From Octopus bimaculoides (Eukaryota), in NCBI RefSeq assembly GCF_001194135.2, contig NC_068983.1, positions 136,756,604 to 136,820,603 on the forward strand: a stretch of DNA of 64,000 nucleotides, given 5' to 3'. The notes beneath the pieces were generated by a model. It was not told where the DNA came from and did no database searches. It saw only the letters and a list, made by a program, of their open reading frames with translations. This document shows, piece by piece, positions 51,491 to 64,000 of the stretch. Position 1 is the stretch's first letter. Every line of letters begins with the position of its first letter. Position numbers and translations under genes: made by a program.

Positions 51491-53009
51491 ATATTCCAAT
51501 TGCAGCAATATGCTAACGTCTAAATTTTAAAAACCTATACCATTTTGCAAATAGTCAATTTGATGTCATGAATTAGTAACAATTTTGATTAATTCAAGTA
51601 AATAATCGATTGATGTAATAAACTGTATGTGGGAGGAGGGCCTTTTCAACAAAATAACTACATGTGATGGATCATGTTCTGGATTTTAAATGTCTGAGCA
51701 ACTGCTTGAGAAAACCAACCTAGGATAGATTAGCATTCTATTCAGATTGTAGTAATATGCCTTCCATCTTCTTAGAACAGTTTAAAATCATGATAAACTC
51801 CAATTCTATGAACCCTGAAATGGGCTGGGTTTATAATATTTAAATTTTTTTGTCACTGAAACTTGACTGTTTCATTCTTTTTCACTAGTGAACATATGTA
51901 TTGTTAAAGTTATTTGTGATGTGTGTATGCCATTTTCCATGATAGAATGGCACTGGTCAATATGGACACTTAAATGCTATGCTTCATTTAAATTATGTGC
52001 TGTTATAACAGGAATCACTTCTACAACTCACTATTTCCTCCAATTTTACTCAACTTGGACTGCTATTCCTTGTTAGAGGTATAGGTCTACACTACTCTCA
52101 TTTTTATAACCTCTCTCTTCAACTCCCTTCTCTGTAATCTTTGATTTCCTTGCCCCCCCTCTCTCTCTCCAATGATATTATAAAGGAATACCGTCTTTTT
52201 AAATAAGTCAATTATCATATACATTGTTATGAAATATCAATTTGTAAATTATTTTAGTCTGTACACTCTTAAGTTTGGTTTAATCTATACAGACTAAAAG
52301 AACCTACGAGTGTATAGATTACCAATTTAAGAAATATGAGTTCAGTTGAAAGTTAAATCAGATCATGAATATAGCTTCAGTTCAGAAGAGTAGTCTCCTA
52401 AGTCATAAGTCTTTATACCATTAGGTTACCAGTCAGGTACTTCACTCTGACCTGTAAATCTTCAGGTCTCCTACCCTTGTTGCATGTATTAATTAATAAT
52501 AGTAGATGTCAGCATCTATATTTACATAGAGCTGTTTCAGTGTACTATAATGCATGTGTTAGTTATAGCTATTGTATAGTAGTATGTTAGCACATAGTAG
52601 TTAAATCAGAAGTTGTTACTTATCATTATTTTTGTCTAAATGTCATCATTATCTGCTACTACTATTACAACAACAAAATTATTGAAGACTGATATATGTA
52701 AGTATTCATATGTATAGCTATATAGCTTGATCTTATATAGATCTCTGCCATATATAGTTGTATGGGTTTTTTCTTACAAAAGCATGTTGAAGAGTAAAGA
52801 CTTTCAAACAAATGCATGTCCTTTGGTTTGGGTTTTTATGTGTTTAGGCTTTAGCAGATGAGTATTTCTTTAGCCATTTATCATTATTGATAAAATATAA
52901 AAGATTTTGTAGGTGCCAATAAATCTGATTGCCATAACTCTGACATTTCTGACAGAGGTCAACTGAAAGATTTGTATCCAAAAAGTTACTTTTTATTTGA
53001 GCCTCTCTT

Positions 53010-53052
<43 letters not shown>

Positions 53053-55039
53053 TAGTTTTTCTTCTGATATGGACACAGGACCATTCAGGGAATTGTGTCC
53101 ATATCCCTAAAATGTCAGACTTATTTATTTTGCATGGCTACCAAACTTATTGACATCTATAAACCCTTTTGAATTTTATTACTATTCTGGCCATCTTAGA
53201 CCTTCATCGGTTTCTTAGATTCCAGCTTTTACCATCATCTTTAGTTTATGTTTAGTCAAGTCATTCCTTTATTTCAGCACTTACAACAACAACCATAGTT
53301 ATGTGAGAGCTGCTGAGTAGCAAGCATCTCTATTAAGGCTGCAGCCTTTCTTCTCAATTCTCTCTCAGTGTGTGTGTGTGTGTCCTGAGTGTCTGACAAA
53401 ATACATTTTGTTTTACCTGGAGGCACATCAGGGACTAAATTATAAGGTGAAAACAGAAACATGCAGAAATTTAGACAAAAGGGCAGAAAGATAAGTTATG
53501 TTAGTTGGTACAAGATGTTGGGTATATAGGGAGGGTATGTGGAAGTGTCATGGTTGTGCTGCTGCTGATGATGTAATGGTATTGTGTTGGTACTGGATAT
53601 GTTAATGGTGGTGATGATGGTGTCAATAATGCAGAAGATAATAAAAAAAGGCAGTGATGGTGTTAAGGTGGTTGGTAGTGGATGATGAAGAGGGATTGAT
53701 ATGAAGTAATGATGATAATGATGGTGGTAGAAGTAGGAGTGGTGATCAATGCTTAAACAAAGTTGGATGATGATCATAAAGTAAAGAGTGGTGGTTGTGG
53801 TGCTAATTCAAGATGGTGGTGAAGAAAATGGTAGATGTAGATCCAATAGCGATGGTGTTAAGTGTGGTGAATGTAGACAGTGGTCATATAGGTGATTGTA
53901 GGAAGGTGGCAAACTGGCAGAATTGTTTGCATACTGAGCAAAGTGCTTAACAGCACTTCATCTGTCTTTATGTTCTGGGTTCAAATTCTTCCCAGGTTGA
54001 CTTTGCCTTTTCACCCTTTCAGGGTCAATAAAATAAGTATCAGTTGAGCACTGAGGCTGATGTAATTAACTTACCGCCTGTACCAAAATTGCTAGCCTTG
54101 TGCCAAAATTTGAAACCAATATAAGTGATTGCGGTGTTTGAGCTAATGGAAATGATGGTGCATATGAAGTAGATGGTGATAGTGATGATGATGTCAATAC
54201 TGATAGAAATGATAGTGGAAATAGGGTAGTGGTGGTGGTGATGTAAACAATGCTGGAGATAGTAATGGTAATGATGCTCCTGATGCTACATCTATGGTGA
54301 TTGATGGTGAAGAGAGAAGTGGGTATGTAATGAAATGGTGGTGGTGGTGGTGGATGTGATAAGGATGATTGGAGATTGTGCCTTTTGTCACTGCCTTTGC
54401 CACTTGCAGAACCACCACTATCACCTACTTCACTATCATAATCTACTTTGGCACAATCTCATTTCTATCTCCATCACTCTCATCCACACCACCTTCATCA
54501 TTGGGTCATGAAATTCCACTTCATTACCATACCCGATTGTACCTTCTTCATTCTCTATAATCATAGACACTTCATCAGCACCATCAGTACTTTAACTATC
54601 TCCAACATCATTTTTCTAATGCCATCACCAGAACATACAATGAAACCAACATTCCAACATACAGCAACACAAAGATGGAAGCAAAGAAACTAACCACTCT
54701 CCTAAAAATAGATTATGTGGACCATCATGTATGGACTTTCCATATATTACTTTTTTAAGGACCACAAATACAATTTTCTATCTAATCCTAAATACAGGCT
54801 AATTAACCCTTCTGAGAGTGAGATAGGCATTGTCAGTATACTCTTGATGTTATCAATTTTGATACCAGAAGGACAACTGGATTGATATAGCAGGAATACT
54901 GTGCTGCTGTCATCAACTTGTGCTGTGGTATTGTAGTTCAGCTTGTAGGTTCACTTTGTCAAGATATTTATTCTGAATACTTCAGAAAATAATGTACTCT
55001 CACAGCTTAACCCTATACAATGGCCTGGCAATCGCAAGT

Positions 55040-55990
55040 AATGTGAGCAGCCACACTCTGAAGGAATTCAGGAAGAATTTTATAAGCATCTCCAAAAAGC
55101 TCAACCTGAGATAACTGTTACTGCCAATTTAACTAAATATTATCCTAGACTTCAAGATAGGTACTATCCCTGCAGAAAACATGTTTATAGATTTTCTGTA
55201 GGGATAGTATTTGTCTATCCTGAAGTCTAAGTTTACATGCTGAGGAACTCCAACCCCACCAGCTCTAATAAGAAACTTAGTCACAGGTATCGATAGAAAA
55301 ATCTTCAATTTTTCAGCATACCCTATTATAATGAGACATAAGCAAAGAGTGGGCTCACTGATAATTTAGAGTATATTAAGGATGTCCCACTGCAGAAACT
55401 AAAGATAGTTAGAAAGAGAAGTCTAATCTGGCTCAATTCTCTATTCAACCTAGATGTAACAACTAATATAGCTAAAAGCTTCCAGTTCCTAATTAGACAG
55501 TATTTCTCAAATATCCATAAGTTTTATAATGTCTTTATTGCCCATAACATTAAGATTAGCTATTCATACTAAGATAATATTACTTCTAATTTTTCACACT
55601 ACAACAGAAACAAACATAGACCTACCAAGACTCCACCCCATACTCCAGCTTATAACTGCCAATATCATACTAACAATTCACTAGAATAATTTTTAACTTT
55701 CAAAGTTGTGGTATACAGAGCTACCCTCACATCATCCAATGGCATCACAAGACACTACATAGACCTAACAGTCAATGATGTGAAGCAAGATTTACACAAT
55801 ATATGCACCCCTTCAGGTGCAAGGAGAGAGAAAACTCCACTCTCTTGTCCAGCTTCATCTGGAGACTCTTGGACCCAACATTACATGGAGCATCCTTCTT
55901 ACCAACCCCCTCCTTACTGACCTAGCGTTGTATTTTTCAATTTTGCCTCTGTATTGTTGTCACTAAAGATATACCTTGTTAATAAACTTC
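55040..55990 (+). mobile_element. Degenerate Penelope-like element, RT C-terminus and GIY-YIG region
   Basis: RKRSLIWLNSLFNLDVTTNIAKSF...IKISYS and VVYRATLT...HYIDLT remnants; ends approximate. Confidence 0.65.
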
Positions 55991-57349
55991 TAACCATTAG
56001 TCACTGGTATCCTGGAAAGACCACCTTAACCTTAGCTGGCCCATCTACAGTATCAGGATAAACAATCCCTACTTAATCATACAAAGACTATTACACTTCT
56101 ACATAGCATCATCATGGCCTACCAGTAACTAACTTCAGATCCATGCATGACACACCATTAGATACCTAACCTGACACCATAGAACACAAGTTCAATTCCT
56201 ATTTGGAGGAATGGAAACTGTATTGTGAAATCCTTCTGATTATAAACAACCAGACACCACTAAACTATCTCTCCAACCACATGGGAACATAAATAAAATT
56301 ACTTGTTATTGTTTTTTAATCTATTAATGTGACTTGAACTGACCAATTGAGGCCATAACAAACATCCTCTGTTGGAAACCTTGCTTTTGATCACATACTT
56401 CTAATTATGTAGACCAGTCATGGACAAACTGCAGGCTGCATGCAGCTCATGGGACTTTCTGAATGACACACCAACAAAAGATAACTTTGATTTTTTTTTT
56501 TTGCATGTGTGTCCTGCTTGATGACAAGCCATGTCTCATGCATCCCACTAATCAAAAAAGGTTGCCCATACCTGATGTAGACACTTATCTGCTCATACAA
56601 AAATTTCAGTAACGTGGGGTTGAGTCAACCTGTTAATAAATACTTTTCATTGCCACGACATCTGTTGAGATTCATTTGTTTGCTCATTTACCTTGAATTT
56701 GGTAGACAGAAACTGAAGGAAGCACATTGTAAATTTATATGCATATATCTGTATGTCTTTGTGTTTATGTTTGTCCCCCACCACCACTTGACAACTGATG
56801 TTGGTTTGTTTTTCATGCCTATAACTTAGTAGTTCAGCAAAAAAGTTTGATAGAAGTACCAGACATTTTTAAATGAGTACTGGGGTCAATTTATTTGACT
56901 AAAAAAAAAAACATTCAAGGTAGTGTCCCCAGCACGATGGCCACAGTCCAATGACTGAAACAAGTAAAACATAAAAGATGTGTGTGTGTGTGTGCTTGCA
57001 TGTATACACATACATATATGTCACATGCATGCACACATACACACACACGCACACATACACGCGTGCATGTGCACATACACACACACACACACACACGCAC
57101 ACACACACAGAGTAATATCAATTAATGAATGACAAAAGGACAAGAGTTACATAATCACTTTCATGACCTTTAGAAACATTGCCCTCAAAGCTGAATGCTT
57201 GAGCAACAAACTATAGTTTCCTCAATGTGATTGAAATAAAGTGTCTGTTTGTTGCAGAAAGCATCTGAATACATAGAGTTGATTACATTCAGAACAATAT
57301 GTAATATAATACAGGTTGGCGAGTGAAAAACTCCACCTGGAGACTAATA

Positions 57350-57385
<36 letters not shown>

Positions 57386-58809
57386 CATAAATATATAGGG
57401 ATTGACAGTAACCTGCTTCTCCAACATACTGAGAATTCAGAAATAGCAGTCAAAGAACTACTGATTTCAAAACTACAAATTATTACTCCAGATTGATAGC
57501 GATAGTAATAATTTGTAGTTTTGNNNNNNNNNNNNNNNNNNNNNNNNNNNNNNNNNNNNNNNNNNNNNNNNNNNNNNNNNNNNNNNNNNNNNNNNNNNNN
57601 NNNNNNNNNNNNNNNNNNNNNNNNNNNNNNNNNNNNNNNNNNNNNNNNNNNNNNNNNNNNNNNNNNNNNNNNNNNNNNNNNNNNNNNNNNNNNNNNNNNN
57701 NNNNNNNNNNNNNNNNNNNNNNNNNNNNNNNNNNNNNNNNNNNNNNNNNNNNNNNNNNNNNNNNNNNNNNNNNNNNNNNNNNNNNNNNNNNNNNNNNNNN
57801 NNNNNNNNNNNNNNNNNNNNNNNNNNTATATATATATATATATATTAACTGGAATAAATTCTTGCACATGTATACACATGTACAGAGAGATAAGAACTGA
57901 CACACATATATATTCATACATGTCCTTATGTCTACACATATCTGTAGAGATACACATACAGGTACAAAGAATAGTATATAAATATATACATGTGTGCCTG
58001 CATGCATACATACTTACAGACAGACAGCCATACATATGTATTCACACATTTGTGTGTCTATATATATAAATACGTTTATGCATTTGTTTGTGTATTATAT
58101 ATATATGTATATCATCCCATATATGTGAATGAGTAAGTACCCTTCAGCTGGCATTCAATGTTCCACTGGATCATAGGTGGGATGTTTGAGAGACTGTCTG
58201 CTCAAAACAACATAGATGCCAAAAAACAGGTATTGAAAGTATGGTACAATCAACCCGATCATGGTTGTTTGCAAGTGAGCTATGGTTTTATATGTATATA
58301 TGTTTGTGTATATATATGACCCAGTGGAACATCAATTGATAGTTGAAGGATGAGAGAACTGCATCAGCATTGAGCTGGTAGGCTGGTACTTATTCAGTCA
58401 CATATATTGGATGATACACACACACAAAGGCACTGTGAAGTGCAACATATAACTAAACATCGGATTCAGTTGTGGGTTCCACACTTCTCTCTAGTGTAGT
58501 ATGACAGAGCATCAACCCCAGGATAGGATAATATGCAGAAAAGAAGCTTAATAATAGAAATAATAATAATTAAGCAGAAAACAATTATGGTATTCAGTGC
58601 TTTAGGTAACAAATACACATTTCAGCAAAAATACAGTAATAAATACATAACAGTTGCGAAAACATTATGCAATCTTGTGCTTCACCTCATCTGTGTCTCA
58701 ACATTTTGCTGAAATACAAATATGATTTATGAAGCATTGAATACCATACCTGTTTTCTACTTAATCGATTATTTTTATGATTATTACAATCATGGAATGA
58801 TGACGATGA

Positions 58810-58897
<88 letters not shown>

Positions 58898-59532
58898 CAC
58901 ATCAACACACACACACATATATAATGATTAAATGAAAAGATAATTAAATATTTTATCCTCTGCATATGTTTCACCACTACAATTTTTGGAGTACCGTTTC
59001 TTCAGAAGGCAAGCAAATACAAGAAATCAGAGTTTTTACATATCAAGAAGTGCTGAAAATATAGTAAAGACACATTGTCTTATTCAAAAAGTAAGCCAAA
59101 GGTGTTGTCAGCTAGAGAGCGACTAAGATGCAAAATTTTTTTCATTTACCTTCAATACAATATCTATAGCGTCTTTGGACAAGATCATATGTTATACAGT
59201 TTTTTTCAGTACTTGCTGATATATAAATACTCACTGATTATTTTGCATTTATTTCTATGAAGAAAATAATGTACTCCCCAAATTGCATTATTCAAACATA
59301 AGTAAAGAATGAAATATTTGATTAATCATTCTTATTCTTCACTTCTTATTTAATTTATTTAAGCATCATATGTACTGTATAAATATTAGAGCTTGTACAT
59401 CTGTACCTTATGATAATCTGAAGTAAAATAAATATATTTTCCAGTTGTATGTCTTTCAGTGAAATGGTGCATATAAATTGCTAAATGTTATATGTAAAGG
59501 TTATATATTGTGCCCTGTTGGATTACAGTTAT

Positions 59533-59566
<34 letters not shown>

Positions 59567-59576
59567 NNNNNNNNNN

Positions 59577-60950
59577 AACCTAAAAGAAAATTCATAATCC
59601 ATAAAATCTATAAAATATTAGATTAAAAATTTAATGTAATTTTTTATTATCTGAATACATATAGTCTAAGCGCGATTTACATAGGCTCAACCTCTAACCA
59701 AATCAAATCACGAGTGGCTCAACATATGCATTCTTTTAAGAATAGAAACTTAATTAATTCCACTGGCCTTAGTAAATACATATGGGACCTGAAATTGAAA
59801 GGAATTAAATACAATTTAAAATGTGAAATAGTTTGCAAGGCAAACTCTTATCGAATAGGCAGTAAATTCTGCTCTTTATGCACTAATGAGTTTAAGGAGA
59901 TACTATTTACTAATAATAAAAAATTGATAAATTCCCAAGATGAACGCAAAATTAATTGTAGACATAAACTTAACTTTTTATATAATAAGTTTAGATAATG
60001 TTCATACAAACCTTATTTTAAAATATTTGCTTTAGTAATGACTTTGTAGAAGGGAATAAAGTTTAGTTAGTTGCGAAGGTTTTGTGATTAATACATAGTT
60101 CGAATAAAAGGTTTATATAAACCTTATTTTATAATACTTGCTATAGTAATGACTTCATAGAAGAGAATAAAGTTTAGTTAGTGTGTAGGTTTTGTGAAAA
60201 ATACATAGTTTGAATAAAAATAAACAAACTACTCAGAGACGCATAATTTCACCGAAATATTACTATTACAATAAGAAATCTTTGATAAGATAAGTGATGC
60301 TGTTCTTTTTATTAATACTGTTGAACGTCCGAATTCATTTAATAGTTAACACTATCTTTTTATATGTTTTCCTATTCTTAATCCACAGAAAGTATTTCTT
60401 CATTAGACGAATTATGCCTTTAACTTGACAGATGATTATTATTATAAAACCTTGACATTTTATGTATTGTACTAATAATTGCTTTCCTAAACATACAGAT
60501 ATTTTTACTTTTTCCTATTTTATTTGTATTTTTAAATATTAGGATACGTTTTTTGAATTTACAGACCTGAAGAGTGTCCTCATTCTGAGTGGAACCTATC
60601 TTGATCGATTTATTGTAAATTGCACAGATCTTTTCCACTATTATATGGCCACGAAATGCGTGTAGTCTATTATTCACTTTTGTTTTTATAAATTTACTAA
60701 ACTGAACTAAATTTTTAATCTAATATTTTATAGATTTTATGGATTATAAATTTTCTTTTAGATTTTATAGTGTTTTAAATCAGTATTTTGAAGAGTACGT
60801 TTTTCTTGATGGTGTCTGATCTCCTTCATTGTTTGAACTTCATCTTGGTGGTTCTTCTCTAAATTATTAATATATCTTTCATTATAAAATTCAATTTGAT
60901 GTTATTAAATTGAATATCCTTGTAAGTTCGGATTTTGACATTTCCTAATA
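59577..60950. mobile_element. Penelope-like 3' fragment (GIY-YIG C-terminus) with tandem and inverted duplications
   Basis: ORF 59714..59998 H..SF...NSTGLSKYIWDLK...C.LC..E...CRH matches the PLE endonuclease tail; 111-bp tandem duplication and 52-bp inverted repeat nearby. Confidence 0.65.
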
Positions 60951-61233
60951 TAATATATNNNNNNNNNNNNNNNNNNNNNNNNNNNNNNNNNNNNNNNNNN
61001 NNNNNNNNNNNNNNNNNNNNNNNNNNNNNNNNNNNNNNNNNNNNNNNNNNNNNNNNNNNNNNNNNNNNNNNNNNNNNNNNNNNNNNNNNNNNNNNNNNNN
61101 NNNNNNNNNNNNNNNNNNNNNNNNNNNNNNNNNNNNNNNNNNNNNNNNNNNNNNNNNNNNNNNNNNNNNNNNNNNNNNNNNNNNNNNNNNNNNNNNNNNN
61201 NNNNNNNNNNNNNNNNNNNNNNNNNATAAATAA

Positions 61234-61266
<33 letters not shown>

Positions 61267-61277
61267 TATATAAATAA

Positions 61278-61310
<33 letters not shown>

Positions 61311-61399
61311 TACATACGTATATCTATATTCATGTGTGTATATATATGTGTGTGTGTATACATACATATATGTGTATGTATATAATACATACATATGTA

Positions 61400-61430
<31 letters not shown>

Positions 61431-61692
61431 GTATACACGCACATACACACATGTGTGCAATGTAAACATATGCGTATGCATATGTAAAATCACATTACCT
61501 ACATATGTTTATACAACCTCTGTACTTTCATTTTGTATGTACTTCCTTCAAAATATATGGTTATATGTATTATAATTTCATTCACTCACATATATGCAAC
61601 CACATATGCATTAATGAAGCTTTCTTTTATTAATTTTTCTTTTTCTTTTTTCCGTTTCCCCTACCTTTTCATGTCCTTTGCAAAATCTAAAG

Positions 61693-61862
61693 ATGACGAA
61701 CACCTTCGCAGACATCCTAGGTCTGGTGATTACCCTGAAGGAACTGACAGTGCTATCCCATACCGTGCCTACGAGCGTGGTCCATTAGTGATTCCCACAC
61801 ATGTTCTCAGTAGATCAAAGTATGGTTTTGAACGTGGCAGTGCTGAGAGTTTGGTTGAAAAA
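61693..61862 (+). CDS. Cav1: Cav1 exon leading into DCRD (DEHLRRHPRSGDYPEG...GFERGSAESLVEK), phase 1->0
   Basis: Long polypyrimidine tract with AAG acceptor in the required phase 1; AAA|gtaagt donor; GSAESLVE matches Cav1 GSASSLVE. The acceptor position is less certain than the donor. Confidence 0.88.
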
Positions 61863-62061
61863 GTAAGTATTACAATGATATGTCAGTATTCCATATTGTT
61901 TTCTTTCTACAATTAATATTAAAATCAGTTTTACTTTTCTAAGCTGAAGTGTTTTCCTTTGAATTTAATTTTGAGACATTAAGCTGATGCTACACTCTTT
62001 AACCCTTTAGCATTCAGATTACATTGTCTCTACCCCTCCCTCTTTCACCATTTTCTATTTG

Positions 62062-62117
<56 letters not shown>

Positions 62118-63022
62118 CCTCTTTCTCTTTTTCTCTCTCTCTCTCGTGAGAGGTTAGACATGGCTGGTTTGAACATAAAACATGTAAATTATTTAGGCCA
62201 GATACAGCTGGTTTAAATTAATAAAGGGTTAAACTGCAGTATTTACTCTTTGAATCAGTAACTCCCAAACATATCTGTTGATCAACTCTGTTTCACTGTC
62301 TCATATTTGAAAATGATCCTTTGTATTTTGCCTGATGTGCTAACTATTCTGCCAGTTCACTGCCTTTCCATACCCACAATATAATGAAATACTGTTTGTG
62401 TTAATCCATCATTTCTAAGTCTTAGCAGCTTTAGCTCATGCAGAGAGATTTTATATATGTTTTTAAAAACAATAATCAAATTTATCTTCCCTTGTTCAAA
62501 TATTATCTTGCTTCAATGCGTGTCATTGCAAATTTTGATGGCTGTTGACATATTATATCTTTAATATATTAATTGGATGAAAAGAAACAATGCTCGTGAT
62601 CTTTACAGCTTGCTAAAACTGATGTAATTGATGTTCAGCTTGTTGTTTGGAAGGACAGCAAGTAAGCCATTGTATAAACAGATAGAAGAGTGTGGGGAAA
62701 TATAAGTGAAACTTGTGGCACAGTAGAATTGTTGGAATGTGGAAAGGGCTTCATCAGCACATTCTGCAATGTGATGGTCTGGCAGGAAGATTCCAATCCA
62801 AATGGTCTGTTATGTTTGCTGTGACATTTATTGACATTATCAAACATCATCGTCATTGCCATCATTTAACGTCTGCTTTCCATGCTGGCATGGGTTGGAT
62901 GGTTTGCCTGAGGATTGGTGAGCCAGAAGGCTGCACCAAGCTCAATCTGATCTGGCAAAGTTTCTACAGCTGGACACATCTTTTACTTCCCTTATTTTAG
63001 TTTCATTTATTTTCTTTTTCAG

Positions 63023-63334
63023 GTACTTGAAGAAGAAGGTCTCCGGAAATACGTAGACGTAAAGTATTTACAACAAGAAATCAAAGAAGCTGGTGGTGGT
63101 ATGTCACAAGAAGAACTTGATCGTGCAGCACATGACCTCATCCGATCATCAGTCCATGGTGGTATTCACCCATCTTATATTGACCAGCGTTTAGGTGGCT
63201 ACAAAGGCCACGAAATGAAAGATTTAAATCAATTTTCAAGAAGTGCCACTCCTACTCACCGGTTACGAAGGCAACCCCATTTGCCTCATCCAGAATTTAT
63301 AGATGATTATCATGATTCCATGGATGACAGAATG
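63023..63334 (+). CDS. Cav1: Cav1 exon, DCRD and distal tail (VLEEEGLRKYVDVKYLQQEIKEAGGGMSQEELDRAAHDLI...DSMDDRM); 3' end either spliced at 63334 or read through to TAA at 63421
   Basis: tttttcag acceptor; VLxxEGL...EI...M...EE...AA pattern of the Cav1 DCRD; possible donor ATG|gtaaaa. Confidence 0.88.
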
Positions 63335-64000
63335 GTAAAATATGTTTTACTTTTGAGTTACTGTTGTGTTTTTTGGAGAGCATCTAAAATATTTCAAGCA
63401 TACACTTATGTAAAATGTTAACTCTGTATTGTGTATGTGTTTATACAATATCTTTAAGTATGATATATATGATAAATGTAACTTGAGGAAGATCTGGCTA
63501 TTATTTCTAGAAGGAACAAACAAATGTAAAGAGACTCTGTTCTTGGCATATGTGTGTGGGTATGTTGTGTGTGTGTAAGCATGTATATTGCTGACCTTAA
63601 CTATATATATACCAATTGTTGATTTCATACATAGGAATGTGGTATCAAAATTAAAGAGTAAGGGAGATTATATGTTTTAATATTCATACTTTCTGTAGAG
63701 CCTTAACAATACACATGAAATAACCATAACTGGGAATCAAAACCTTGTTGCCAGTTTGGCTCTCTAAGTGCTTCCCTTTAACTTACAGTGTATAAGGTTA
63801 ATGGTTATACCAATTATTAATATTAAAACTTCATAACATATAAAAATAAAAGAAATTTGGTCTATGCTATTTCTATATTCTTTAATGTTAATTTTCTGGT
63901 AATTATGCACACATGATGCTTGACATCTAGAATCTCAGAAAATTTTTAATTAATACTTGTGTGTGTGTGTGTGTGTGTGTGTGTCATTTATTATACAAAA

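Noticed and set aside
53274-54693. His/Thr-rich ORFs
   Set aside because: Low-complexity GAT/CAT sequence, not protein-like.
57378-57477. Phase-1 open stretch GIDSNLLLQHTENSE... after (TA)n
   Set aside because: No polypyrimidine tract, ends in a stop with no donor, no Cav1 similarity.
60220-60262. Hammerhead-ribozyme-like remnant in the Penelope 3' region
   Set aside because: The canonical CTGANGA core is absent and the stems could not be built.

Overview
AT-rich, microsatellite-dense metazoan genomic DNA with 6 assembly gaps. The SINE, repeat and microsatellite content looks like an Octopus-type cephalopod genome (inference). The whole window lies inside one + strand gene, the 3' half of an L-type voltage-gated Ca2+ channel alpha-1 subunit (Cav1, CACNA1C/D-like). 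I traced 14 frame-consistent exons from domain IV S4 through the pore loop, IVS6, EF-hand, pre-IQ/IQ, PCRD, the distal C-terminus and DCRD. The IVS5 exon is not visible and is probably in a gap. The introns carry a DD37D (maT) element, a Tc1 element, a truncated Ty3/Gypsy element, Penelope-like and LINE remnants, SINEs and several long foldback palindromes. The most interesting signal is a pair of small C-terminal exons that the ORF track misses (24431-24488, phase 2->0; 28996-29048, phase 0->2). They keep the frame only when both or neither are included, and either one alone meets an immediate TGA. Each has its splice site(s) inside a predicted RNA stem, and read-through of the first ends in a class I PDZ ligand (ETTV*) followed by AATAAA. 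All structures and splice calls were read by eye; nothing was computed or searched.
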